Shown here in pieces: positions 63,974 to 64,000 of a DNA stretch of 64,000 bases. The notes under the pieces are model-generated. The model made no database searches. It worked only from the letters and a program-made list of their open reading frames with translations, and was not told the origin of the DNA. Within the stretch, counting starts at the first letter, position 1, and each line of letters opens with the position of its first letter. The position numbers and the translations under genes are program-made. The stretch lies in NCBI GenBank assembly GCA_964474085.1, contig CAYYRJ010000002.1, forward strand, positions 6,110-70,109. The letters run 5' to 3'. The stretch is from an uncultured Planctomycetales bacterium (GTDB lineage Bacteria > Omnitrophota > Gorgyraeia > Zapsychrales > JANLHA01).

Positions 63974-64000
63974 ATTCGCTCCTGTTTTGATGATACCTGA

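Overview
This 64 kb window looks like part of a moderate-GC chromosome from an uncultivated Gram-negative bacterium. The evidence for Gram-negative is an outer-membrane beta-barrel gene and genes with lipoprotein signals. It is densely coding with mostly short intergenic gaps, and has no rRNA and no CRISPR array. Reading left to right, the contents are:

- **1-512:** the 3' end of a histidine kinase and a single-domain response regulator whose phospho-acceptor position aligns to Glu, not Asp.
- **531-8790:** a glycan-modification cluster: two polytopic membrane proteins, a B12-binding radical SAM enzyme, a GT2 polyprenyl-phosphate glycosyltransferase, a SAM methyltransferase and an FAD oxidoreductase.
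- **9111-13904:** a 1597-aa secreted giant protein. It is preceded by GNRA-hairpin palindromic repeats, and one such repeat is inserted in-frame inside the coding sequence.
- **13955-15004:** a small membrane protein, then an AbrB/MazE-type antitoxin plus RelE/ParE-type toxin pair with its own promoter.
- **15097-15898:** a thrU-tyrU-glyT-like tRNA operon (Thr-UGU, Tyr-GUA, Gly-UCC) driven by a duplicated promoter module. It is packed with truncated tRNA-Thr 5' fragments and CTGGCG-hairpin repeats.
- **15934-26673:** gpsA, tRNA-Pro(GGG), and a PilZ-hom-thrC-coaB-like-(PGM-like probable homoserine kinase)-lysC-cimA biosynthetic operon.
- **26693-26923:** a 231-bp MITE-like element with 31-bp terminal inverted repeats.
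- **26954-43952:** valS with an odd 5' duplication, nadC, a CPBP protease, and a three-subunit molybdenum hydroxylase (xanthine dehydrogenase / CO dehydrogenase type). The hydroxylase's maturation genes (mocA-like, xdhC) are dispersed downstream, near RhuM, TPR and cyclophilin genes.
- **44117-54823 (minus strand):** a sulfur-themed block. It holds a DUF134 regulator and a PocR/GAF sensor. These precede a candidate Family 2A encapsulin operon: shell protein, SufS-type cysteine desulfurase with a ~190-aa disordered N-terminal extension, and long-form CysE. A NitT/TauT-type ABC transporter with two binding proteins and an outer-membrane porin complete the block.
- **55413-63973 (minus strand):** two more giant proteins (about 995 and 1770 aa) in tandem, separated by a small ORF.

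The three giant proteins share a roughly 350-aa N-terminal module after the signal peptide and a roughly 65-aa C-terminal module. Their cores differ: giant 1 has a methyltransferase-like segment, and giant 3 has a complete CysE plus a complete PLP-dependent transsulfuration-family domain. Giants 1 and 2 also carry in-frame palindromic repeat insertions at the same loop position. The main candidates for new biology are the giant-protein family with its in-frame palindromic insertions, and its proximity to the encapsulin sulfur system.
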